Shown: positions 13,952 to 27,661 of the stretch, piece after piece
Layout of the letters: each line of letters begins with the position of its first letter
Numbering within the stretch: position 1 is the first letter of the stretch
NCBI GenBank assembly: GCA_951406725.2
Contig: OX597821.1
Location: forward strand, 5,394,001 to 5,458,000
Source of the DNA: Octopus vulgaris
Taxonomy: Eukaryota
DNA: 64,000 nt
Direction: 5' to 3'
Position numbers and translations under genes: made by a program
Notes under the pieces: model-generated
The model's input: the letters and a program-made list of their open reading frames with translations, nothing else
Told to the model about the DNA's origin: nothing
Databases searched by the model: none

Positions 13952-15391
13952 TTGTGCAGGTGGAACACGATGGTCTAAAACTTTGCTCACAACTGAAATT
14001 CTTGGAATTCGAGTCCACGGTATGCCGTCTTCGGAAAATTCTTTTACTACAGCCTCAACTGTGCCCAAAACGTTTAAAACTGGGTGGAGGGGAAGTCTGC
14101 GGAAACTCGTTGGTTGGATTACAAAGGCCCGTTCTTTTCCTCCAACGTGTCAAGTTAACTCTATCTTACCTTTACATTAAGGGTGCACATGTCTGTGGAA
14201 TTCCCAACCGCATACATGTTACTTTAACGTGTACTTCATATAGTGCGATGAAGTGCGCGTGTATTTGTGTGTTAGGAAAGAATCCTGAACACCCTCACTT
14301 GAATAAAGGTGGACTAACCGATAACAATAAATAAGAATTGCGTGAACTGCCAAGGGTGGTTGACAGTATTTTTTTCTGTTCGGTTTAATCATTTTTGATC
14401 CCTTTTAGACGTGAGTCGCATTGTTAATTATTTATTGACGATCTTCCATAAGGGTGACCCAAATTGTTGAATTACTGTTGCTGTTTTTTGCCTGTGATTT
14501 TATATTTGCTCTCTTCCCCATATTTTATGGAGTCTGAAAGGATGCAAGGCTTAGTAGACAGCGGTGGAATAACTAAGATAATGCAAAATCAAAGAATGCA
14601 TTATATTTCTCAATGTATTGGGATTTCCAAGGATAAGGATAATTTTCTAGGAAATCTAAAAATAGTTTAAAATGAACAAGAACACCGTTATTCTAAGAGA
14701 GAAACTCTGGCATTAATATTGTACTGAGTTTGTTTGCATATGATACTTCTCCCCAAAAATACGTGAAAATTTTTGACTATGCAGGGAATCGATATTGAAT
14801 GAAACTTTTTAACTTTATGCAAACGCCATTTTAGCTTCATCGATGTTACGTACGCTATGTCAATGGTGAATAATGCCACAAAGGTTTCTAGCTTGTCATA
14901 GACTGTGAACCGGTTTTTACCATTTATATAGAAGTAACCTCTATCATTTTTCAACATCTTTTTTCTTTTTATTTCTATAGAGTTGAAGTAGCAAAATACA
15001 TTTTTATCAAGAAACCTGAAAAAATATATCTCTAGTTTAAAATATAATAGTAAAATGATTAAAAAATATACAATTTATCGTAACTTCTTTTATATGTAAA
15101 TTAAAATGGCGTGAATTTAGTTCACACATAAAAAGCAAGAACATGAAAATTTATTTTTTGCTCACAGATATAATTCAGCAATGAATGAACTTACGAAAAG
15201 CAAGCAGCCGACAAAAGCCGACATAATGGGTTTTAAATTTTATTACAAGAATAGCAATTTTGAAGGAGAAGGTAAATGGATTATATCGACCAAAATGATC
15301 AAATGATATTTATCTCATCCACCTCGTAAGAATGAAAGGCAACAACAACAACAACAAAAACCGCAAAGGCAACTGCAACGATAATAATAAC

Positions 15392-15600
15392 CCTTTCAAT
15401 TATAGGCAGAAATCCTGAAATTTGGAGAGGGGGATACTCAATTAAATTGACCCCAGTACTCGGCTGGTACTTAAATTATCGACTCTGTAAGGATAAATGG
15501 CAAAGCTGACTTCGGCGGAATTTGAACTCAGAACGTAAAGACATACGAGATGCTGCTCAGCATTTTGTCCGGCTTGTTAACGATTCTGCCATATCGCCTG
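15392..15600 (-). mobile_element. SINE family B
   Basis: ggcggaatttgaactcagaacgta core shared with the other B copies. Confidence 0.8.
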
Positions 15601-15682
15601 TTATTGTATATGATGATATTAAGAACAATAACGACAACAACAACACAGCAACAACTACAGTAACGTCAATAATGATAATAGC

Positions 15683-15720
<38 letters not shown>

Positions 15721-15730
15721 TAATAATAAC

Positions 15731-15789
<59 letters not shown>

Positions 15790-15809
15790 TAAGTATAATA
15801 ATAATAATC

Positions 15810-16008
15810 TTTTATTGTTTTACTTGTTTCAGTCATTTGAATGCGGCCAGGCTGGAGCACAACCTTTAGTCTAGGAAATCGACCCCAGGACTTATTCTTT
15901 GTAAGCTTAGTACTTATTTTATCGGTCTCTTCTGCCGAACCGCTATGTTACGGGGACGTAAACACACTAGCATCGGTTGTTAAGGGATGTTGGGGGAAAA
16001 CACAGATA
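15810..16008 (-). mobile_element. SINE family A, 3' half
   Basis: ttacttgtttcagtcatttga..gcggcc..gctggagcac...gccgaaccgcta.gttacggggacgtaaacac. Confidence 0.85.
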
Positions 16009-16066
16009 CGCAATGCACCTAGTGATGATCATAATAATAACAATAATAATAATAATAATAATAATA

Positions 16067-16186
16067 GTGTTGACCCCAGGCATGTGCCTAGTGTGCTCTT
16101 ATCAGACGGGTAGTCATGATGGGTATACTGGGCTTCGTATATTTTACCCCAGTGTCACTTTGATGGCATGCACTGCTCTCTCACTC

Positions 16187-16187
<1 letters not shown>
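16067..16187 (+). mobile_element. 5'-truncated 3' end of an (AAT)n-associated retroelement ('ctctctcactc' family)
   Basis: Near-identical to the 3' parts of 30110-30390 and 54170-54288; common 3' end, different 5' ends; flanked on both sides by (AAT)n. Confidence 0.8.
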
Positions 16188-16254
<67 letters not shown>

Positions 16255-16622
16255 GATAATGGTTTCAAATTTTGGTACACAGCTGGCAAGTTCGACAGAG
16301 TGGATAAGTCAAATTTTACTGAGATTGACCATTACTTTTCATCCTTTCAAGATCGATTAAACAAGTTCCATTTGCGATATAATCGATTTACTCACTATCC
16401 TACAATTGCCAACCTTCTGCCAAAATCAGGAATATTAATATGATGATTTTTTTAGTACTATATGGAGTGTGGCGAACAGGATGACAAAGTTGTATTATAG
16501 GACATATTAGAAGGTGTATTATAGGACATATTTGGCTGTTAAATCTTGTAGGTCGAGAGCCGGATTAGAAGTAGCCATCTTGGATGAATATGGTTTATGT
16601 TTTATAAATTCTGTTGGCTAAC

Positions 16623-17048
16623 AGGCGTAGGAGTGACTGTGTATCAAGTAGCTTGCTTACGAACCACATGGTTCCGGGTTCAGTCCCACTGCGTTGCACC
16701 TTGGACAAGTGTCTTCTACTATAACCTCGGGTCGACCAAAGGATTGTGAGTGGGTTTGGTAGACGGAAACTGAAAGAGGCCCGTGGTATATATGTATATA
16801 TATGTATGTGTGTGTATATGTTTGTGTATCTGTGTTTGTCCCCCCACCCCAACATTGCTTGACAACCGATGCTGGTGTTCTTACGTCCTCGTAACTTAGC
16901 GGTTCAGCATAATGAGAAGATAGAATAAGTAATAAGCTTACAAAGAATAAGTCCTGGAGTCGATTTGGTCGGCTAAATGCGGTGCTCCAGCATGGCCACA
17001 GTCACATGTCTGAAACAAGTAAAAGAGTAAAAAAGAGTAAAGAGAGTA
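16623..17048 (+). mobile_element. SINE family A, full length
   Basis: tRNA-like head (aggcgtaggagtg.ctgtg...gggttcagtccc), internal (TA)/(TG) tract, LINE-like 3' end, (AAAAGAGT)-type tail. Confidence 0.92.
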
Positions 17049-18131
17049 CTGACACGAACTGGAACAGTCGATAGAACAGGAAATGCGATGATTTACAGAA
17101 ATTAATCCGGGAATATGACTTTAAATCCCAAGGTTAGATTTGTCTTTCATTTTCAAGGATCGATAACAAAACCCAAATCAAGTCCTGGGGTACGTTTCTC
17201 TGTTCTGAGTTTCTTTCTTCTACATAGAAGGGCGAACTAAAAAGCGTTCTCACGGCCGCCCTTCCAGTCCCTCCAAACCTTTGGTGTTAAGCAATAAAGA
17301 AGCTAGTCGTACTACTTAGACTTTGCCAACATATGTGTATGAGTGTAAGCATAGTTAAGTGTGCGCATGCGTGAAATTACGTGTGTGACTTTAAGTATGT
17401 ATTTATATATGTATAAATGTTACTCATTGTATATGTATAAATATATGGGTCTTCTATGTGTTTGGCAATGTATATCAAGGCGTGTGTGTGTGTGTGTGCG
17501 TGATATATGTGATGTAAGTTATATGACGCAATGCATATAAATTTAAGCATCAAAAGAATATATTTAAACGTAATGTTAAAACATTCATGATTAATGCGTG
17601 TAAACCAGTACTGCGACATGAGTGTAATAAAGTTTTTGATGCTGATATATATATATGTGTCTATATGTGAGGTGTGTGCGTATATATATATATATATAGT
17701 AATGTAAGTACGTATCTATAAATGTGTGCCTTATATATATATATGTATGTCAACATATATGTGTACATGCTTATATTGACGTACACATACACATTTGTAA
17801 GTATAGAAAGGGTATACATCCTCAGATATGCACAGTAATGTATGTGTGCAGAATATACACATAAATACACACATGCATGCATGTATTTATGTATTTATGT
17901 ATGTATACATATATTTTAAAAAAGAATGACTCATACAAAACTAGTCTACTTTCCTTCTCTAGAGAATTTCGGTCATACACAACTAACACAAGTATATATA
18001 TATATATCAACATACATATATAAAAAATATTTACATATATGTATATGTGTATATATATATAGATATACACACACATATATCTATACACATACATATATAT
18101 GTGTATAAGTGTATATCTATCTATCTATCTA

Positions 18132-18183
<52 letters not shown>

Positions 18184-18247
18184 CATATATATATATGTAT
18201 ATATGTATATATATATATATACACATACATATATATATTACACACAT

Positions 18248-18289
<42 letters not shown>

Positions 18290-18537
18290 ATATATATATT
18301 ACACACATATACATACATCTATATATATATATATATATATATATTAAATATGATCATTCCTTTATATACCTATATATGTGTATGTATAGGCGTATACATG
18401 CTTACATATATTTATGCATATACACACACACACATATATACATACATATATATATATATACACACATATATATATATATATATATACATATATATACATA
18501 TATATATATATATATGTATGTATGTGTGTGTGCACGT

Positions 18538-18701
<164 letters not shown>

Positions 18702-18898
18702 GCATATATACATATATATGTTTATTTCATAAATTCATACATATATGGGTAGGAATTTTTTAAGAGGATTGGTTGAACACTTTGTCAAGTGCTGAACTAA
18801 GGTGATAAATTAACGAACACAATAATGGTGGCATAAGGCTAAAATATATATTGTAATGTATCACTGTATCAAACGGCAGAGAGACGGTGGGCGATAGT

Positions 18899-18969
<71 letters not shown>

Positions 18970-19365
18970 CAACACAGAATTTGAGAGAGCTGACGAGAAA
19001 GGCGAAGCATGAAATACAGTCTCAAATTTCTATACGCCTTTCATGTATAGATTACTCATATATATAAAACGGACACTGTTTTACAAAAGACAGTAGACCG
19101 TTGTAAAATATGTTATGTAACATATTTTGTATTGAGATATGAGGCATTGTTTTTGGCATTGTTGTTGCAGATGTTGTTCTTGTTGTTTTGCTGTAGTCAA
19201 CTTTTGATCCCGTACCATGCAGATCAAAATCCTCCCCACCTTAAACATGCTGCTTTCATTTTATCTCTTCAAAAGCCCAGGTCCATACTACTCAATTTTC
19301 GAAACACAGTGCGTTATTTTCATTCTGTTTTCTACATCAAATATATATTTAGTATATATTTGATA

Positions 19366-21780
19366 TGAATTGAATTGAACTAGTTTCAGCTCATGAGCTG
19401 TGGCCATGCAGGGGCACCGCCATTTGGTATTGCTACATAATTTTTACCTCACTAATTCTTTTTAGAAATTGACATTTGGTGCATGAGGGAGTTTTTGACA
19501 CTGTTGCTTTCATTTGCACTTCCTGCAGTGAAGCTGGTTCATCTGGGACTTTTGACATTTTAAGTTTTGTTTTCAAGACATCTACATCTACCCCATACAG
19601 ATCTCTCAGATCTCTCGGGAGGATATTGAAGAGCTCTGGGCCTTTAAAGTCCAGGCTATTGCAATATCTTGTCCTATATTTTAATGGCAAAGTTGGAGTC
19701 ATTGGCACTATTCAGTGGCGCCCTTTTCTAGCGTTAATGTAACTCTCAATGCTAAATTTTGGGACAAGTCCCTCCAGGGTCTTCCAGATGTATATTACAG
19801 CTTTGTTTTCCGCCTACGCTCTAAGCAATAGAGTCTCAATCTCTTGAGTCTTTCCCAATAACTTATACGCTGCATACAGGCTAACCTTTTCATATTTCTT
19901 AAGTTCTGCAATTAATTTTGCATTGGTTGGTGACCATACCCGGGAGTAATTGTCAAAGCAGCTTGGGAGAAATATCTTCCAGAGACCAGCATGGTTTCCT
20001 AATTTCTCGTTTTAAAAGTTATAAGAATCCATCCGATCAGCCGCCTGCATTTCATTGCCAACTTAACAACTTTCACATGGAAGGATGCATTATTACTCAT
20101 ATAAATGCCCAGGCCTCGCACTGACTGTCTCTGGGATTGCAATCCCTCCAGGTCCAGTATATTTAATTAGTATTGGATTTAGTTTTTCATGCTGATAGCA
20201 TAGGGCTTGAAACTTTTCAGCATTAAACTCCATGCTGTTCTTCTCAGCCCTCTTGTGTATCTCATCTAACTTACGTTGCAGGTGCATAGCGACTTCAGGG
20301 TTTTGTATCACTTGTGAGACTTTTGTATCATCTGCATAACTCGTGATCGTGGCTCTCTCTGTGTTTGCGGGCATATCTAATCAGGCCATTATGAGCAGGA
20401 GTGTTCCCAAAACAGTGCGTCGCGGAACACCACTCACTATTTGCGTATCATTGGCTACTACTGCTTGACTTCTATCTTTCAGAGTCATGGTGCCATTCTC
20501 CCAAATTTTCCGACCATGCCGAGATCACGCATTTTGTGACATATCATTCCATGATCGACTTTATCGAAAGCCTTTACGAAGTCGAGATATATGGCATCCA
20601 TATTTGAGTGGTGGAGCAACGGTTTCAACACCCAGTCATAGTGTAGTAAGAACTGAGTCTGGCAGCTTTTTTTGGTTGGAAACCATGCTGGGTGTCAGTC
20701 AGCAAGTCATTTTCCTCCAGGAAGGTGATTAGCTTTATTCTGACTAGGTTTTTGGTTTAAATAGCCTATCGCCCAGGTTTCTTTGTCTGCTCTTTCTTTT
20801 TCATGGGAGAGTTGCAATTGTTTTTCAATCTCCAGCAGTTGTATTTTCAGGCCGGATATTTCACTGATTTCAATTTGTTTGTTAGGCGATTTTAAAGTTT
20901 TGTACGCCGTCTCATAAGAACTTTCCTCTCCCTGGGGATTTTGTCCTTGTGTACAGTGGCCTTTCTCTCCAAGTCACATTTGTAGAGTATGACTTGCATT
21001 AAAGACATGAATTGAAGTTTCATATCGGTGTCCGGTAAGACATTAGGCCAGTTTTCTTTAAGGATCGCTTTCTCAATTTGTTTCCAGTTTGCCGTTTGGA
21101 AATTCAAACAGGAAAGGTTTTGTGAGTTTCTTGTAGGCTGCGTGTCCATGGCTTTCTTTGATCCGTACATAGTCAGCTCTGCCATATGGTAGTCCGAGAG
21201 TAGCGTCGGTGTCACTTTCACATTATGGATGAGATCTATATTATTTGTGATGCAGAGAGCCAGTATATTATCTGCCCTGGCTGGAGTACTATTTGTTCCA
21301 TGTACAAAGTGATGATGAGGTTCAGGAAGACCTTCGCTCATCCTTGTTTGTAACGTTCCTGAGCGAGAAAGGCCCTCAAGCCATCCGACATTGAGCAGAT
21401 TGAAGTATCCTATAAGTACACTTATGTATTGTTTTAGTGTCACTAGAACTTCTATATTTGTAAGGTGATCTTCAAACTTGTCCACGTGATTCGGAGCATC
21501 TGGTGGGCGGTCTTATATGTACAATTAGTGTCAGATACTGAATCTGAGTGTGACAAAAGGAACTGGGGCGTGAGATCTTTGCAGATATATATAGCAACTC
21601 TACCGTGACTCCTGTCATACTGTGGTATATGTATTTCTGCATTTGCTGTATCCTGTCTGAGGTGCGTTTCCATAAGGCTTGATTGCATGGAACACGGTAT
21701 TGCAGGAAAGGAATTTTAGTCTTGTTACTAAGTGTTAGCAGTTCTTTGGTGTTCTGATATTCAGTAAGAGCACCCATGTG
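19366..21780 (-). mobile_element. Decayed CR1/L2-group LINE (APE endonuclease plus reverse transcriptase)
   Basis: Minus-strand fragments: ETHL..EIHIPQY..DR..GRVAIY and NILALCITN..LLSDYH (APE), ITSYADDTKV and MEFNAEKFQAL (RT), KGPELFNILPRDLR (C-terminus); ends in a (TTCAA)n tail at about 19366. Confidence 0.92.
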
Positions 21781-21848
21781 ATGTCTGTGTTGTTGAAGTA
21801 AGTATATGTGTGTATGTATGTATGTATGTATGTATGTATGTATGTATG

Positions 21849-21893
<45 letters not shown>

Positions 21894-22347
21894 AACCTAC
21901 ATTATATAGTACAACTGTTTTTTCGCTCGTATATGAGCTAATGATTAATAAAATTTGGTATAAGATAAATATTTCAGATATTTATCTTAATCATTCAGAC
22001 AGGCAATTTCATAATTCAGATGTATGACATGAGATGTTATTCCATTCAAATAACCACGTATTTTATATTAAGATATAGATGATAAGAACATAGAAATATA
22101 AGAATATAATCATAAAAAATAAAAAACATAAAAAATATATAAGGAGTATCTTGAAAGTAGAAAATATATTTAGAATAGATTAAAGGAGGTGATTGAAAGA
22201 ATCAGTCCAAACGTACAGCCGTTTCAGGAAAGTTTTAAAGGGCTGTGGGGATTAATCCAAATTCAATTCCATATATAAAATTTATATATATATAAATCAA
22301 TGACATTCCAACATTGTCTATCTGATTTTCACGTTTTATTATTTACT

Positions 22348-22641
22348 CGGGTATATGGCGTAATGGTTAAAAGCGCGGGCTACAAACTCCAAGATTCCGA
22401 GTTCGATTCCAGGCAGTGACCTGAATACCACTACTACTACTAATAATAATAATAATAACATCGAAAAATACCTGAGGAATGAGAACCCAGGTTCGAAGTT
22501 TCTCCAAGACACCTGATGAAGGCTGGAGGGTATATCAGCTGAAATATTGTATTAACAACAAACAAGATGAGGACAAATAATCGTCAAATGTAAATAATGT
22601 AAATAATGTACATAATTCCTCATCTCATAGATAGAGAACTG
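22348..22641 (+). mobile_element. tRNA-derived SINE (family E) containing a hammerhead-ribozyme-like motif
   Basis: A box TGGCGTAATGG (22356-22366), B box GAGTTCGATTCC (22399-22410), internal (CTA)n(TAA)n, hammerhead core at 22509-22552, and a (TGTAAATAA)-type repeat near the 3' end. Confidence 0.8.
22509..22552 (+). ncRNA. Minimal type I hammerhead ribozyme-like motif
   Basis: acac-CTGATGA-a-ggctg[gagggtatat]cagct-GAAA-tatt-gtat: both core boxes, 5-bp stem II, short palindromic stem III (AATATT), stem I with one mismatch. Confidence 0.65.
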
Positions 22642-22731
22642 AATTTTTACAATATAATAGAATATTATATATTTATCGTGATAAAACTAGTACTTTCATG
22701 CGTTATGCAATCATGAGGTTTATGTTGTTGC

Positions 22732-22732
<1 letters not shown>

Positions 22733-22769
<37 letters not shown>

Positions 22770-22817
22770 CAGTAGTAGTAGTAGTGGTAGTAGTAGTAGT
22801 TGTAGTTGTACTAGTAA

Positions 22818-22858
<41 letters not shown>

Positions 22859-22910
22859 ATAGCTAATTGTGGGACACGACCTTCACTACTACTACTACTA
22901 CTACTACTAT
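22733..22910. repeat. (TAG)n followed by inverted (CTA)n
   Basis: Directly visible; a spacer of about 25 nt separates the opposite-polarity tracts. Confidence 0.9.
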
Positions 22911-23385
22911 AATATATTGTTAAATAGGGTGTCTTTGAATTACAGCTCTTGATTGAGCCACCCGAAAAAGAGGCACGCCTACTTTTAAGGCAACCAGCAG
23001 AAATTAGCGTATTGCATCTTTCATCTCAGAAAACATTTTACTTTGTGAATACCTGAAAGAAAAGTTCCGTTCTTAGAAGCTAGAAAGTTTGCTGATGAAA
23101 CGAATTGATAGCAATATATGACCATAAACTACGATTGCTTCTAGGTTGTAAGAGCTGTTTAAACTACAATGGCTTGTAACTGTAAATTGCGCGGCCACTC
23201 ATCGGCGTTCATGTAAATTGTCAATGTTGTTGAATCTGTTAAACAACGCAAGGATATCTCAACAGTATAACACAATCCAAGTTGTGGTAGACACTTGATT
23301 ACTTGTAATGATTGCACTTGTAATTGTAAACAGAGCTGGCTTCTCTAAAATGACGGCCAGTAACTTTCTGCATAGTTGATGGCAA

Positions 23386-23635
23386 GTGAAGATGCGTGGC
23401 TTAGTGGTTAGGGTAATCGGTTCAAGATTTTAAGGTCATGGGTTCAATTCCCGCGATGTGTTGTGTCCTTCACATTTCTCCAGTCCCCTCAGCTGGCAAA
23501 AAATTCTTTTGCATCTGTATTTCAAAGGGTCAGCCTTGTCACATTCTATGTTAAGCTGAATCTCCCCGAGACCCACGTTTTACGAGAAGGCTGTTCACAT
23601 CATCGGATGAACTGGAACCCTCGTCGTCGTGACCG
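23386..23635 (+). mobile_element. tRNA-derived SINE with family D-type head and the tail seen at 34943-35130
   Basis: TGGCTTAGTGG and GGTTCAATTCC boxes; 3' ctgtatttcaaaggg..gccttgtcac...ggaaccctcgtcgtcgt.accg. Confidence 0.8.
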
Positions 23636-24362
23636 TTAATGGTAAGAATTCTCTCAGCAACCTGTCTCAAGGAAAAGGAAAGCACGAATCAGACGTCCTT
23701 TTAACATAACCTTTGTCGAGAATAGTTTACTGTCTGGGACGAGCTGTTTCTTGTATGATCTAGACTTCCGGATCAATAATGGAAGAGAACGTTTAATAGA
23801 GAACTTCCATGATGTGAATCCATACCGCAAAACATTATCGATACACACACACACACATAGACACAGACACACAAAACAATACGCACTCACATACATGCAT
23901 ATGGGCATACACATAGCATACGCACACACAAAAAGCATATATTTATAGATCCATATATATATATATATATCGGACCAATTGTGGATGAGTAGGAAGTAGT
24001 TTGCTCCCGAACCAAAAGTCTACTGGTTGGTCCCGCTGCGTGACAACTTGGGTGTGTTTTCTAAAAAAAGCCCCTAGCTGACCAACGCGTTGTGCCTAGA
24101 TTTAGTGGAAGGAAATGAAAGAGGTCCATCGTCTGCATAACTGCAATGTAATGACAAACAAGTAAAAGACAAAAGATAAAACATATATATTCGTATACAA
24201 TATATGTGTGTGTGTATATAAGTATATACATATATATATATAATTCTTGTTTGTATATACACATATACAATATATATATATATGTATGTGAATATATGTA
24301 TATATAGATATACATAAATACATATATACTTTATAAATAACACATATATGTATATATGTATC

Positions 24363-24501
<139 letters not shown>

Positions 24502-24510
24502 TTACATTAT

Positions 24511-24848
24511 GTGAAGGCGCATGGCTCAGTGGTTAGAGCGTCGAGCTTACGATCGTGAGGTTGTGAGCTCGAATCCCGAACCGGGCTGCGTGTTGTGTTC
24601 TTGAGCAAGGCACTTTATTTCACGTTACTCCAGTTCACTCAGCTGTAGAAATGAGTTGCGACGTCACAGGTGCCAAGCTGTATCGACCGTTGTCTTTCCC
24701 TTGGATAACACTGGTGGCGTGGAGAGAGGAGGCTGGTATGCATGGGCGACTGCTGGTCTTCCATAAACAACCTTGCCCGGACTTGTGTCTAGGAGGGTAA
24801 CTTTCTAGGTGCAATCCCATGGTCATTCATGACCGAAGGGGGTCTTTA
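24511..24848 (+). mobile_element. tRNA-derived SINE family D, full length
   Basis: TGGCTCAGTGG A box, gagctcgaatccc B box, ttgagcaaggcactttatttcac central block, distinct 3' tail; lies between (TA)n tracts. Confidence 0.9.
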
Positions 24849-25301
24849 TATGTATACATATATATGTATGTATGTATGTGTGTATATATATTTATATATA
24901 AACATAAATTATATATATATATATATTTATATATAAATATATATTTATATATAAATATATATATATGTATATACATATATAATACATACACACACACACA
25001 TACACAGACCAGATATATAAGGGTTTGTATTTATTTAACTTCATGCTTATAAGTCACATACTACTCACAGACCACCATGCTCTCAAAAAATACAGACATA
25101 CTCTCTCTCTCTTTCTTTCTCTCCTTCACTCACACACACATAATCACACACACACGTATACACATGCGTGCACAGACTCATTCAAACACACTCAAAACAT
25201 ATATTATTAATTTGTTTATATTTAGAAAACAAACAACTTCAATGTTATCATACCAAACAAAATGAACATCTTAGAAGTTTGTAATCTCTCTCTCCCTCTC
25301 T

Positions 25302-25382
<81 letters not shown>

Positions 25383-25776
25383 ATTACATATATATATATA
25401 CATATATGTGTGTGCTTGTATGTGTGTGTGTGTGTCTATGTCTACGCGTGTGTGGGGGTCTGTGTGTATCGTTTATGTGTACGTTTGGGCGTGTGTCCGT
25501 GTGATGATTAACATTATCCTATGAAATAATGAATTACCCAGTTGACTGCCTCGCTAAACAAATTGAGTTGTGCTATTTCTTTTCCTTTCTTTTCTTTTCT
25601 TTTTTTTTCTTTTCTTCTCCTTTCTTCTCTGTTTTTTCTTTTTTTTTTTTTTCCTTTTGCTCTATAAAAGTTCCTACTTATCGCTACAGATGACTTTCGT
25701 TTGGTTCATTCATCAATTCGCCAGTCCTGTTGTTCTATCCTCTGTTCTCCGTTTGATATAAATAAATAAGTAGACA

Positions 25777-25777
<1 letters not shown>

Positions 25778-25813
<36 letters not shown>

Positions 25814-25950
25814 GTGATGAGGAGGAGGAGGAGGAGGAGGAGGAGGAGGAGGAGGAGGAGGAGGAGGAGGAGGAGGAGGAGGAGGAGGAGGAAGAGGGGA
25901 AGTGTGGCGGTGCTGGTGGTGGTGGTGGTGGTGTTGGTGGTGGTGGTGCT
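25778..25950. repeat. Compound (GAT)n(GAG)n(GTG)n trinucleotide repeat
   Basis: Directly visible. Confidence 0.95.
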
Positions 25951-25994
25951 GATTTCTTTTACGATTTTATAATAAAATAAAATTAAAAATAAAC

Positions 25995-26776
25995 CCTTCT
26001 GTTCCAGGTACAAGGTCTGATGTTCTGGAGGAAAAGGGGATAGTCGATTACATCGACCCCTGTCTCCCTTACTAGTACCACCGACACTACTATTACCGAC
26101 ACCGAAAGGATGAAAGGTAAAGTCGACCGCGACGGAGTTTGCTGCCCGGTGTACTAACGATTCTACCAGCTCGCCGCATTAACAATAGTAATAAAAATAA
26201 TGGTTTCGAATTTTTCCACAAGGGCAGCAGTTTTGGGAAAGGGAATGAGTCAGTTTCATTGACCCCTGTCTTCCTCCGGAAGGAGGAAAGGTAGAGTCGA
26301 CCCCGGCGGAATTTGAACTCAGAACATAAGCATTTTGCCCAGCGTGCTAACGAAACTGAAAGCTCGCCTCCTTTCTAACCATCATTTCTACTGTAGGCAC
26401 AAGGCCTGGAATTTGAGGAAAGGGATTAAATCGATTACATCGACCCCAATACTCAACTGGTACTTAATTTATCGATGAAAGGATAAAAGGCAAAGCTGAC
26501 CTCGCCGGAATTTGAACTCAGAACGTAACGGCAGACGAAATACCTATTTCTTTACTACCCACAAGGGGCTAAACACAGAGGGGACATACAAGGACAGACA
26601 AAGGGATTAAATCAATTATATCGACCACAGTGTGTAACTGGTACTTATTTAATCGACTCCGAAAGGATAAAAGGCAAAGCCGACCTCGGCGGAATTTGAA
26701 CTCAGAACGTAGCAGCAGTCGAAAAACAGCTAAGCATTTCACCTGGTGTGCTAACGTTTCTGCCACCTCGCCGCTT
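25995..26776 (-). mobile_element. Cluster of same-orientation SINE family B copies, including a dimer (26378-26776)
   Basis: Repeated gaaaggatgaaagg.aaagtcgacc.cggcggaatttgaactcagaac cores; internal junction gaaatacc|tatttcttt at about 26544. Confidence 0.88.
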
Positions 26777-27119
26777 TAGTAATAATGCTGATAATAATGA
26801 TAATAATAAAAATTGTGATATTATTAGTAATAATAAATGAGACAAAAAGTCAGGACAACTCTTATATTTGTGTGTGCGTGTATGAGTTTGTCTAAAGTAT
26901 GATGAGAAGGTGTAGGGGAGGAAAGAAGGGAGAGGAAAAATGGGGAGGTAGAACGGAATTGATTGGATGATTAAGTTCAGAAGGGTCTGTAATAGATCTA
27001 TATCTTTTTACATACAGAGAAAGAAAATTCATATTCTCTATATGTATGTATGCATATATGCGTATATTTGCGAGTGTATCTACATGTGAATGTTGTACGC
27101 CTGTATGTATATATATATG

Positions 27120-27151
<32 letters not shown>

Positions 27152-27437
27152 TATATTTGTGTGTGTGCGTATGTATGTGTGTACTTCTGCGTATGTGTAT
27201 GCGTCAAGAGAGAAAAAGTAGAGGAAGGAGAAGGAGCAGATAAGGAGGGGAAGGAGGAGGAGGAAAGGAAGAAGAGGGGATGATGGGTAGGAGAGAAAGA
27301 AATGAAGTGAAAGAGTAAGAAACAAGAAAGACAACAATCTCTAAAGATGGCAAGTGAACTGCTTAATACAAATTTTTTCACCAGAGGTAGACACTCACAC
27401 ACGTACTCTCTCACACTCTTATTCACACAAACACACT

Positions 27438-27564
<127 letters not shown>

Positions 27565-27596
27565 GAAGAGTGAGTTCTGTTGTGCGGAATTCACAT

Positions 27597-27661
<65 letters not shown>

